Shown here in pieces: positions 21,094-33,177 of a stretch of DNA of 64,000 bases (position 1 is the first letter of the stretch; each line of letters starts with the position of its first letter). The position numbers were made by a program, and so were the translations under genes. Source of the DNA: Carpediemonas membranifera BICM. Lineage: Eukaryota; Protista; Fornicata. The DNA lies in NCBI GenBank assembly GCA_019828565.1, contig JAHDYR010000062.1:136801-200800 (forward strand). The letters are read 5' to 3'. The notes under the pieces are model-generated. The model was not told where the DNA came from. It made no database searches and was given only the letters and a program-made list of their open reading frames with translations.

Positions 21094-22518
21094 GCGGCAG
21101 TTTCCTCCTACCCTATGTACTGTGGATTTCGCACTTTATGCAACTATCGTAAATGACGAAGTTAAGACGAGTCTAGACACTCTTGGTTCCATCCATCCGT
21201 CATACCGAATGCTATAGACTTTTTGCACTGTTCTGAACGCCGCATGTCAAATGATTTGGGGCACCGCAAGCCTGCACATCTCTCAGTCACCTCGGCAATA
21301 AACTCCTCGTCATCCTCGTCGTCTCGTGGTGTCACATTGGGGTGAACGGAGTGAGCAAATCTGGCAAATCAGTTTACCCGGTACCGAGCTGGCTGAGCGG
21401 CCAGAAGAACAAACTGCCTAATGCCGGCTTGTGCTTCTCATCACTCTTTGCTTTTGTCCTCACGCTCCTCAATCCGACGGAGACGACCTTGACGCTCGAT
21501 CCAAGATAAATAGAACAACACTGGCAGCAGCGCGTCAGCCAGTCCGTGGTAGCGCCTTGCCCTTGAGGCCAGGTCAACGCTTGGATAGCTGAGCGATGAA
21601 TAATGTGCAGCTGTGCGCGGCAAGAGCGGGCTCGCATCACATGTGGGCAATTCTGGCAAATGGAAATTTCGGACGAAAATGACCCCCCATGGTGTGACTC
21701 ACAGATGGGGCTCCACGCCGCGGGCTTACCCTCCCGCATACACTCGCCAACCGCCAGCAGCTGCTGGGTCGTCCAAGTGTATCATCTAGGCTCAATGTCC
21801 TAGGTCCATCTGATGTCCGCGCGGCAGTCTCACACCGCCCGCGCGCTCCTAGCTAGAAGCCGGGTTCCGCGCCGTGTAAGGTGGCGCGGATGTCCCGGTG
21901 TGCAGCAAGGGCCAGAGGCCAATGCAATACCACGGATCCGAAGACGCCGTGGCGCACTGCTAGGATTTTGACATCATAAAATGGTGGCGGACTTACCTTG
22001 TTGCCGCTCCAGGGTCCCGTCGGAGCACCTGATTGATGTTGTTTAGTTCGGCACGAAGAAGTGACCGAAACTGAGAGAGTGAAAGCGAGGAATCGTGATC
22101 TATATGTGGTAAATGAGCATCCTACGCAGATATAGCAGCAGAGGTGCTTGGAGAGCGATTATTCGAGGTCGCGAAGGAATGTGTGAAAAAAGATGGCGTA
22201 TTCTGCGCGGCCATCTCGAGGACGGCAGACGTTGCGTTCAAGGCTGTTAGTGGGGCAATCGCACTCTATTCAGGCCTAGTTGATGGTGTTACGCCATTGG
22301 GAGCGGGCTGAGGGTGGATCGTGTCAAACTGAGTCGTCATTTTCGACGACTCAGAAACTAAGGTTGGGAGTTTAAAGACTAAGATGGGTCATCCATCCTG
22401 TATGAGCTTCTCTTGCAGTGCAATGGTGTGAGTTTCAGCCCTCCTTGAATCTATGCGCCATGTTCGAAGTCGGTCGAAATCGAAGTTTGGGCCGACTCCA
22501 AACGCATACTGCCAGTGT

Positions 22519-25500
22519 GCGATTCCGGCCGAGCTCTGGATCTGAATAGTAGATGCATATGGTGCGTTTACTGACAGTGCGCTGCGTGCGTGCAGCGTGA
22601 GTGTGGGGTGTTCATTCAGAGTCGAGATGTGACTCGACCCCCAAATGGCGAGTCGGACGCGAACGGGCAGCGCGCTCCTGGAATCAGCAGAGCGATACTC
22701 ACTCCACGTATTCCGGTAGCGCGCGGTCCGGCGCCCTCCGCCCGCCTCGATGCTCGGCCGACCCAACTCGACCCTCGTCTGGATGCGACAGAGCAGGCGA
22801 CTCCGGCCGAGCTCTGGAGATGAATAGTAGATGCATATGGTGCGTTTACTGACAGTGCGCTGCGTGCGTGCAGCGTGAGTGTGGGGTGTTCATTCAGAGT
22901 CGAGATGTGACTCGACTCCCAAAACGATGAGTCGGACGCGAACGGGCAGCGCGCTCCTGGAATCAGCAGAGCGATACTCACTCCACGTAGTCCGGTAGCG
23001 CGCGGTCCGGCGCCCTCCGCCCGCCTCGATGCTCGGCCGACCCAACTCGACCCTCGTCTGGATGCGACAGAGCAGGCGACTCCAGCCGAGCTCTGGAGAT
23101 GAATAGTAGATGCATATGGTGCGTTTACTGACAGTGCGCTGCGTGCGTGCAGCGTGAGTGTGGGGTGTTCATTCAGAGTCGAGATGTGACTCGACTCCCA
23201 AAACGATGAGTCGGACGCGAACGGGCAGCGCGCTCCTGGAATCAGCAGAGCGATACTCACTCCACGTAGTCCGGTAGCGCGCGGTCCGGCGCCCTCCGCC
23301 CGCCTCGATGCTCGGCCGACCCAACTCGACCCTCGTCTGGATGCGACAGAGCAGGCGATTCCGGCCGAGCTCTGGATCTGAATAGTAGATGCATATGGTG
23401 CGTTTACTGACAGTGCGCTGCGTGCGTGCAGCGTGAGTGTGGTGTTCATTCAGAGTCGAGATGTGACTCGACTCCCAAAACGATGAGTCGGACGCGAACG
23501 GGCAGCGCGCTCCTGGAATCAGCAGAGCGATACTCACTCCACGTAGTCCGGTAGCGCGCGGTCCGGCGCCCTCCGCCCGCCTCGATGCTCGGCCGACCCA
23601 ACTCGACCCTCGTCTGGATGCGACAGAGCAGGCGATTCCGGCCGAGCTCTGGATCTGAATAGTAGATGCATATGGTGCGTTTACTGACAGTGCGCTGCGT
23701 GCGTGCAGCGTGAGTGTGGGGTGTTCATTCAGAGTCGAGATGTGACTCGACTCCCAAAACGATGAGTCGGACGCGAACGGGCAGCGCGCTCCTGGAATCA
23801 GCAGAGCGATACTCACTCCACGTAGTCCGGTAGCGCGCGGTCCGGCGCCCTCCGCCCGCCTCGATGCTCGGCCGACCCAACTCGACCCTCGTCTGGATGC
23901 GACAGAGCAGGCGACTCCAGCCGAGCTCTGGAGATGAATAGTAGATGCATATGGTGCGTTTACTGACAGTGCGCTGCGTGCGTGCAGCGTGAGTGTGGGG
24001 TGTTCATTCAGAGTCGAGATGTGACTCGACTCCCAAAACGATGAGTCGGACGCGAACGGGCAGCGCGCTCCTGGAATCAGCAGAGCGATACTCACTCCAC
24101 GTATTCCGGTAGCGCGCGGTCCGGCGCCCTCCGCCCGCCTCGATGCTCGGCCGACCCAACTCGACCCTCGTCTGGATGCGACAGAGCAGGCGACTCCGGC
24201 CGAGCTCTGGAGATGAATAGTAGATGCATATGGTGCGTTTACTGACAGTGCGCTGCGTGCGTGCAGCGTGAGTGTGGGGTGTTCATTCAGAGTCGAGATG
24301 TGACTCGACTCCCAAAACGATGAGTCGGACGCGAACGGGCAGCGCGCTCCTGGAATCAGCAGAGCGATACTCACTCCACGTAGTCCGGTAGCGCGCGGTC
24401 CGGCGCCCTCCGCCCGCCTCGATGCTCGGCCGACCCAACTCGACCCTCGTCTGGATGCGACAGAGCAGGCGATTCCGGCCGAGCTCTGGATCTGAATAGT
24501 AGATGCATATGGTGCGTTTACTGACAGTGCGCTGCGTGCGTGCAGCGTGAGTGTGGGGTGTTCATTCAGAGTCGAGATGTGACTCGACCCCCAAATGGCG
24601 AGTCGGACGCGAACGGGCAGCGCGCTCCTGGAATCAGCAGAGCGATACTCACTCCACGTATTCCGGTAGCGCGCGGTCCGGCGCCCTCCGCCCGCCTCGA
24701 TGCTCGGCCGACCCAACTCGACCCTCGTCTGGATGCGACAGAGCAGGCGACTCCGGCCGAGCTCTGGATCTGAATAGTAGACATACATGGTGCGTTTACT
24801 GACAGTGCGCTGCGTGCGTGCAGCGTGAGTGTGGGGTGTTCATTCAGAGTCGAGATGTGACTCGACTCCCAAATGGCGAGTCGGACGCGAACGGGCAGCG
24901 CGCTCCTGGAATCAGCAGAGCGATACTCACTCCACGTATTCCGGTAGCGCGCGGTCCGGCGCCCTCCGCCCGCCTCGATGCTCGGCCGACCCAACTCGAC
25001 CCTCGTCTGGATGCGACAGAGCAGGCGACTCCGGCCGAGCTCTGGATCTGAATAGTAGACATACATGGTGCGTTTACTGACAGTGCGCTGCGTGCGTGCA
25101 GCGTGAGTGTGGGGTGTTCATTCAGAGTCGAGATGTGACTCGACTCCCCAAATGGCGAGTCGGACGCGAACGGGCAGCGCGCTCCTGGAATCAGCAGAGC
25201 GATACTCACTCCACGTATTCCGGTAGCGCGCGGTCCGGCGCCCTCCGCCCGCCTCGATGCTCGGCCGACCCAACTCGACCCTCGTCTGGATGCGACAGAG
25301 CAGGCGACTCCAGCCGAGCTCTGGAGATGAATAGTAGATGCATATGGTGCGTTTACTGACAGTGCGCTGCGTGCGTGCAGCGTGAGTGTGGGGTGTTCAT
25401 TCAGAGTCGAGATGTGACTCGACTCCCAAAACGATGAGTCGGACGCGAACGGGCAGCGCGCTCCTGGAATCAGCAGAGCGATACTCACTCCACGTAGTCC

Positions 25501-28496
25501 GGTAGCGCGCGGTCCGGCGCCCTCCGCCCGCCTCGATGCTCGGCCGACCCAACTCGACCCTCGTCTGGATGCGACAGAGCAGGCGATTCCGGCCGAGCTC
25601 TGGATCTGAATAGTAGATGCATATGGTGCGTTTACTGACAGTGCGCTGCGTGCGTGCAGCGTGAGTGTGGGGTGTTCATTCAGAGTCGAGATGTGACTCG
25701 ACTCCCAAAACGATGAGTCGGACGCGAACGGGCAGCGCGCTCCTGGAATCAGCAGAGCGATACTCACTCCACGTAGTCCGGTAGCGCGCGGTCCGGCGCC
25801 CTCCGCCCGCCTCGATGCTCGGCCGACCCAACTCGACCCTCGTCTGGATGCGACAGAGCAGGCGATTCCGGCCGAGCTCTGGATCTGAATAGTAGATGCA
25901 TATGGTGCGTTTACTGACAGTGCGCTGCGTGCGTGCAGCGTGAGTGTGGGGTGTTCATTCAGAGTCGAGATGTGACTCGACTCCCAAATGGCGAGTCGGA
26001 CGCGAACGGGCAGCGCGCTCCTGGAATCAGCAGAGCGATACTCACTCCACGTATTCCGGTAGCGCGCGGTCCGGCGCCCTCCGCCCGCCTCGATGCTCGG
26101 CCGACCCAACTCGACCCTCGTCTGGATGCGACAGAGCAGGCGATTCCGGCCGAGCTCTGGATCTGAATAGTAGATGCATATGGTGCGTTTACTGACAGTG
26201 CGCTGCGTGCGTGCAGCGTGAGTGTGGGGTGTTCATTCAGAGTCGAGATGTGACTCGACCCCCAAATGGCGAGTCGGACGCGAACGGGCAGCGCGCTCCT
26301 GGAATCAGCAGAGCGATATTCACTCCACGTATTCCGGTAGCGCGCGGTCCGGCGCCCTCCGCCCGCCTCGATGCTCGGCCGACCCAACTCGACCCTCGTC
26401 TGGATGCGACAGAGCAGGCGACTCCGGCCGAGCTCTGGAGATGAATAGTAGATGCATATGGTGCGTTTACTGACAGTGCGCTGCGTGCGTGCAGCGTGAG
26501 TGTGGGGTGTTCATTCAGAGTCGAGATGTGACTCGACTCCCAAAACGATGAGTCGGACGCGAACGGGCAGCGCGCTCCTGGAATCAGCAGAGCGATACTC
26601 ACTCCACGTAGTCCGGTAGCGCGCGGTCCGGCGCCCTCCGCCCGCCTCGATGCTCGGCCGACCCAACTCGACCCTCGTCTGGATGCGACAGAGCAGGCGA
26701 CTCCGGCCGAGCTCTGGATCTGAATAGTAGACATACATGGTGCGTTTACTGACAGTGCGCTGCGTGCGTGCAGCGTGAGTGTGGGGTGTTCATTCAGAGT
26801 CGAGATGTGACTCGACTCCCAAATGGCGAGTCGGACGCGAACGGGCAGCGCGCTCCTGGAATCAGCAGAGCGATACTCACTCCACGTATTCCGGTAGCGC
26901 GCGGTCCGGCGCCCTCCGCCCGCCTCGATGCTCGGCCGACCCAACTCGACCCTCGTCTGGATGCGACAGAGCAGGCGACTCCAGCCGAGCTCTGGAGATG
27001 AATAGTAGATGCATATGGTGCGTTTACTGACAGTGCGCTGCGTGCGTGCAGCGTGAGTGTGGGGTGTTCATTCAGAGTCGAGATGTGACTCGACTCCCAA
27101 AACGATGAGTCGGACGCGAACGGGCAGCGCGCTCCTGGAATCAGCAGAGCGATACTCACTCCACGTAGTCCGGTAGCGCGCGGTCCGGCGCCCTCCGCCC
27201 GCCTCGATGCTCGGCCGACCCAACTCGACCCTCGTCTGGATGCGACAGAGCAGGCGATTCCGGCCGAGCTCTGGATCTGAATAGTAGATGCATATGGTGC
27301 GTTTACTGACAGTGCGCTGCGTGCGTGCAGCGTGAGTGTGGGGTGTTCATTCAGAGTCGAGATGTGACTCGACCCCCAAATGGCGAGTCGGACGCGAACG
27401 GGCAGCGCGCTCCTGGAATCAGCAGAGCGATACTCACTCCACGTATTCCGGTAGCGCGCGGTCCGGCGCCCTCCGCCCGCCTCGATGCTCGGCCGACCCA
27501 ACTCGACCCTCGTCTGGATGCGACAGAGCAGGCGATTCCGGCCGAGCTCTGGATCTGAATAGTAGATGCATATGGTGCGTTTACTGACAGTGCGCTGCGT
27601 GCGTGCAGCGTGAGTGTGGGGTGTTCATTCAGAGTCGAGATGTGACTCGACCCCCAAATGGCGAGTCGGACGCGAACGGGCAGCGCGCTCCTGGAATCAG
27701 CAGAGCGATACTCACTCCACGTATTCCGGTAGCGCGCGGTCCGGCGCCCTCCGCCCGCCTCGATGCTCGGCCGACCCAACTCGACCCTCGTCTGGATGCG
27801 ACAGAGCAGGCGACTCCGGCCGAGCTCTGGATCTGAATAGTAGACATACATGGTGCGTTTACTGACAGTGCGCTGCGTGCGTGCAGCGTGAGTGTGGGGT
27901 GTTCATTCAGAGTCGAGATGTGACTCGACCCCCAAATGGCGAGTCGGACGCGAACGGGCAGCGCGCTCCTGGAATCAGCAGAGCGATACTCACTCCACGT
28001 ATTCCGGTAGCGCGCGGTCCGGCGCCCTCCGCCCGCCTCGATGCTCGGCCGACCCAACTCGACCCTCGTCTGGATGCGACAGAGCAGGCGATTCCGGCCG
28101 AGCTCTGGATCTGAATAGTAGATGCATATGGTGCGTTTACTGACAGTGCGCTGCGTGCGTGCAGCGTGAGTGTGGGGTGTTCATTCAGAGTCGAGATGTG
28201 ACTCAACCCCCAAATGGCGAGTCGGACGCGAACGGGCAGCGCGCTCCTGGAATCAGCAGAGCGATACTCACTCCACGTATTCCGGTAGCGCGCGGTCCGG
28301 CGCCCTCCGCCCGCCTCGATGCTCGGCCGACCCAACTCGACCCTCGTCTGGATGCGACAGAGCAGGCGACTCCGGCCGAGCTCTGGATCTGAATAGTAGA
28401 CATACATGGTGCGTTTACTGACAGTGCGCTGCGTGCGTGCAGCGTGAGTGTGGGGTGTTCATTCAGAGTCGAGATGTGACTCGACCCCCAAATGGC
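22519..28496. repeat. Tandem satellite array 1, 278/279-bp monomer, ~21.5 copies
   Basis: Monomer GCGATTCCGGCCGAGCTCTGGATCTGAATAGTAG...GATGCGACAGAGCAG repeated head to tail with few variant sites. Confidence 0.98.
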
Positions 28497-29403
28497 AAAG
28501 AAAGAAATTTATGGTGCTTGGATTCTGACCCCGGACTGAGCTTGTTTCCCGTTGTCTTGGAGCTGAGTGCCCCGGGGTACTGCCTATTTCCCGTGGCAAA
28601 CTGGTCAGCAGCGTTTGCCTTGGGCTTTCGGTGCTACTGTCTCCGCGGAAAGCCGATTCCAATCGCCCCAGAGGCCCTGCGGCCATCTCCGTGCAAATAT
28701 GCTTTCCTGTCTCCCTGAAAGTCCGGCAACTATCCGGGGAGCCTGGGGGTCTGTCCTCGGGGCATTGACAGGCAGGATCGTCCTGCAGAACCTTGACTAT
28801 GACACTCCTTGCTTCCCTGCAGTCCTTGTAGAGCCGTTCAGCCACGGCACCCTCTCGTCTGTCCGGTTCCCCAATTCCATGCCCCCTCGACTCTGTTAAG
28901 AAGCCTACCCGAAGGCGGGGAAAGTGACTAAGTCCATGCTGTCTACCCCGGTTAGGTGGCGTGGGTCAGGGCATGGGTGGTGTACCCCCAGGCACTAGGC
29001 CTGGTTGTCCTGTTACCCCTTACAACATTTCGCTTGCACTACATGTCCTTGGTTTCCCATGTCGTTAACAAGGGCGGCAGGGGCACCTGTGCCCCTCCGA
29101 CCCCCGTGGCCAGTCCCTGCAGTTTCCTTGGGGTCCCAACGAGTGGTGCAACCATATGAATATGGATTTCCTTGACCTTATCCTTGCTCTGTCCTTGTTG
29201 CATGTCCTTTCTTTCTTATTTCTGGTCTGTCCTTCCTGTTAATTCCTTGCAGTCGTTCCTTCCCTTGCTTTGGTTCCTGGCTACCGGGATACGTGGGGCC
29301 TTTCCTCACTGATCCCAGGAGCTTAGCACCAGCGAGGGTGGTCCATGGCTGATTCCTTGTCCATCCCTTCCCGGTCCTGGAGTCAGGGGTTCATGACATG
29401 CTT

Positions 29404-32400
29404 CTATTCCACCTTGAAGCTGTTGTAAACCTTTGCCAGTTCCCGTAGTCCTGCCGTGAGGCCTTCCCAAATGTCCTCCGAGCCCCATATTATTAGTTGC
29501 TGTAATTCTAGGATGGGTCTTTCCTGGTACCATTCGCCCTGGGGGCCCTGCCTTACTTCCAAGTCCTTAGTTTTGTGCTTCGCTGCTGTCCACAGCTTTG
29601 TCCAAGCTTCTCCCCTGTCTACTGCCGGGCATTCACAGATTATGTGCGCTGCCGATCCTAGCCTCTGGCCCTCTGCCCACTCCCCTGATCATTTCCTGCT
29701 TCCTTGCTGGTCCTGGCTTTTTCCCTAATGATCCTGTAGAACAGGCTCACCTCCGACTCCTCCGAGCATAGGGGGCATAGTCTGCTAATTTCTCTCTTCA
29801 GGTCAGCGCCTTGGGCCAGCTCTGTGATGGCTCTCATAGGGCCCTCCCCTCTCTCTGCCGACGATGGGGATGGGCTGACATTGGCTGCAATGGATACAAT
29901 TCTCTTCCATTCCGCCCTGCTTTTGCCCCTTCCCAGCCTTTCGGTCTACCGTAGGCTTACCTTGCAGACACTTGCTTAATTTCCTTGTCCCCATGATTTC
30001 CATTAGTCCTAGTGCCGTACGGCTTTTGCACCGCTTCATCCACCCCCTCCTGATCGTTTCCATGCCATAATCCAGTAGCGCTGGTTTAGGGGCTCCCTCT
30101 CTGGTGCCCTCCAGTAGATGCTGCACTCTCTCCTAGCTTCCCACATAACCGTGCCCCGCCCCCATTCTCTGTTTCTGACTGGTATATCCTGGTCCCTGTA
30201 GTTGACTATCCTTTTGACTGCCAGCCATTCCATGTGTGCCTGGAGGTCCACCCATCCATTCATCAGCCTCATGGCTGCGCCCCCTCCCGGTCCTGTTCCT
30301 GCCATGATTCCCTGCCAGTCATTCCAGATCCTTCTACCTCCCGGTGCGTTCCCCCACACCTCGACTCCGAAGAGGATCCTGGGCCATATATATATTTCCA
30401 GTAGTAGCCTGCTCGCTAGTGCTGGCATGTTTGCCCTGGTCCACCCTGCCCATCTCACCAGTCTCTTGTACCTTTCGCTCTGCTCCTGTTTCCGCCTTAT
30501 GCAGGCCGACATAGGGTCCTTCCCACTTGCGATCCATAATCCCAGGTATCTCGCCTCCTTCTCTGGCAGTAGTGTTACCCCCTCGATCCTGACTAGGGCT
30601 GTTCTGTCCACGCTAATCATTACATTCTTCTGGGCGTTCACCCACATTTCATGCTCTCTGATTATGTCCACCATTATGTTGGCGACCATCTGGCTATGCT
30701 CCGGTTTTGCTCCCTGTGACCGCAGTGTCATCCACAAACATGGTAAGTGCTGCCGGTAGTCGGTCGCTGAGGTGGCTCGTGGTCCTTGGCGGTTCTCTGA
30801 TGTCGTACCGTTCTCCCTTGATTTTCTTTCTGGCCAGGTGGGGCCAGTTAGCCATGAACAGCACAAACAGTGTCGGTGCCAGGACGCACCCTTGCTTAAC
30901 TCCCCTGTTGGTTCTTTCCCATGCCTTTGCCCCTTGACTGATATCCAGGTTTCCTTTATTGTGCCTTGAATTGCCCTGATCAAGTGCTCCTCCACCCCCA
31001 TACCCTGTAGCTTATCCATGAGAATGTCCCTTGGTACCGTGTCATATGCCTTCTCGATGTCCAGAAAGATTGACGTGGTCTCACCCCCTCCTGGTGCCGC
31101 TGCACAATGTACTGTATCTGCTGGATGACGTCCCTGTCTGACTGGAAACCAGCCTGTTCTCTTGGTATGAACCTTTTTCGTTGCTGCTTCCAGACGTATC
31201 TTGAGCAATCTACCATAGACCCTGTACAGCAGTGGTGTCAAGGATATTGGTCTATATGATTCCGGCTTGACCCTTGGCTTCCCTTTCTTGTGTATGGCCG
31301 ACACTGTGGCATACTTCCATGCTTTGGGTACGTCGCCCTCCCTGTAGACCCTGTTGATGAGCCTCGTCACTTCCCTAAGGCCTTTCTCATCCAGCTCTCT
31401 CAGCATGTCTCCAGATGTGAGGTCAGGCCCTGGTGCGGTGTCCCTCCTGATCCTTTTGATTGCGGCTTTGACCTCGCTTTCCTTGAACTCATTTCCGTCC
31501 CTGCCCCTCCATGTCTTCCAGGTGGGTTCCCTGCCTCTGCTGACTCTAGCATACTGTTGCAAGAGGATCTCGCTGATGGCCGCCTTGTCCGTGGTTATCA
31601 CTCCGTCCTTGAGGAGGCTCTCCGGCATTCCCTTGTATTGGTTGTCACACCACCACCTTCTGATGGCAGCTTCCACTGAGGCCCTTGAGGCCCTATACCC
31701 CCTTTTTGCACTTCTGCTGATGTCGGCCACCCATTTGGCCCTGCGCTCTCCCCAGTATTTCTCCAGCTCCTCTTTCATCCCTTTCCTTCCTGGTCCTGTT
31801 GCCTATTTCTGTCCATGGGGTTCGCTGGAGTTCGCTCCACACTCCGTTCCCGAACACTTTGTCCCTTGCCTTTGCTCCCCTGTTGTTCACTGGGTCGCCC
31901 ATGCATGCTCTTATAGTCTCTTCCCATTGGTCCGAGCTCTTGATCCTGTTCAGCTTTGAGACTGTGACTGGCCCCTCCTTCTTTTTCATGGGCCAGGTGT
32001 GCACCTCGGGTATGGCCAGAGCCACGTCTCGCTCACTTCTGCCATAGTACCGTTGTTCCTTCCATGCTAGTGTGATTCCATTGTGTGCTGAGCCCCCATA
32101 CCCCCGACCTTCTGAGACTCTACCACCTCAATCTCCGCCCCCTGGATTCCTGGTGTTGTCACTGCAAAGTCCGGGGTTGATGTTCCTGATGTGAGCGTCC
32201 CAGACTTGGGTATGATGGCTTTGAGCCTGTGCTTCTCCATCATATCCTTCCACCGGGTGGATCTTTCCATCTGGCCTGGGTCGATGTTCCAGTCTCCCCA
32301 TAATTATGGCCTCCATGCTCCCTTTCATGTCCATGATCTTCTGTATAGTGTCCCTGAATCCATCCTTCTCCTGCTTGCTGTGGCCGGATGGAGGGCCATA

Positions 32401-32856
32401 CACGTTGATGACTAGTATGTCCCTGCCGGTTCTCATTATGCTGGCTTGCACTCTTCCCGATAGGCTGTCCGTTATGCCGATGTCCCACTTTGCAGTTGCG
32501 TGTGGGCTCACTATCGTGCCGATGCCTTCCCTTGTTCCCTTCCATCTTGGCGCAGGTTCGTCATTGCCTGCTATGCCTAGTTGTCGGTTGATGCGGTGCT
32601 GACTTTTTGACATCCGCCTTTCGTTTTTTCGTTGGCTAAGACCAGGTCCTCTTCCGTCTCCCTCCCTGCTAGTGCGTAGTCAAGGTCCATGAAGCAATGA
32701 ACCCTCGTATTCGCCGTTCTCCATGTCTCTTGTATGAGTACTGCCTCTATGTCCTTCAACCTTAGCTGAATCGCCGTTGCCATAGACGCCGTGAAGTCCT
32801 TTTCCTCTTCCTATGTGTCCCTCTGTGTTCAGACTAAGTATCTTGTAGGTTACCAT
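29404..32856 (-). CDS. LINE ORF2 (copy 1): APE endonuclease, reverse transcriptase, C-terminal CCHC zinc finger; ~1150 aa when reconstructed across indels
   Basis: MVTYKILSLNTEG, LIQETW, INVYGP, IIMGDWN, TPDFAV (APE); APGPD, YRPISLT, QAGF, FLDIEKAYDTV, KQGCVLAPTLF, MFVDD, RYLG (RT); CPLC...HIICECP. The fragments shift frame at homopolymers. Confidence 0.88.
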
Positions 32857-33177
32857 TGCCTTTGTCCTGTTTCCTTATCCTGCGAATTCCCAGAATTTGG
32901 GAGCCCCAGCTTCCCGCTCCTCTCCTGCTATCCTTGTCCTAACAAGGGGCCTAGATGCCGGTCTCGGTGACCCTTGTCAGGCCAACCTTGTTACCACCTG
33001 GTGACCTTCCATTCTTCGGGCAGGGGTACTTAGGAGGGGACGATATGACGTGACCCCCCTTTGGCTGCCGCTACAGCCTACCGGCAGTGCATTTCAGCTA
33101 ATGCCGGGCCCTGGGTGGGAGCCAGGGCTTGTGAATTATAAAGAAAAATGTTGCTTGTTCCTTGAAAGAATACTGCT

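Noticed and set aside
21100-22518. Possible spliced gene next to the satellite (GTAAGT..CCTAG intron-like segment near 21997-21960, minus strand)
   Set aside because: Could not assemble a convincing reading frame.
22519-28496. Satellite as a CRISPR array or a tandem 5S/tRNA/snRNA/SL-RNA gene array
   Set aside because: No repeat-spacer alternation, and I recognised no 5S, tRNA or snRNA motifs on either strand. An Infernal/Rfam search and small-RNA data are needed to exclude a divergent RNA gene fully.
28459-28845. Possible ORF3 in the LINE 3' region (MAERLYKDC...)
   Set aside because: GTG start, no motif, and it runs out of the element into the satellite; treated as 3' UTR.
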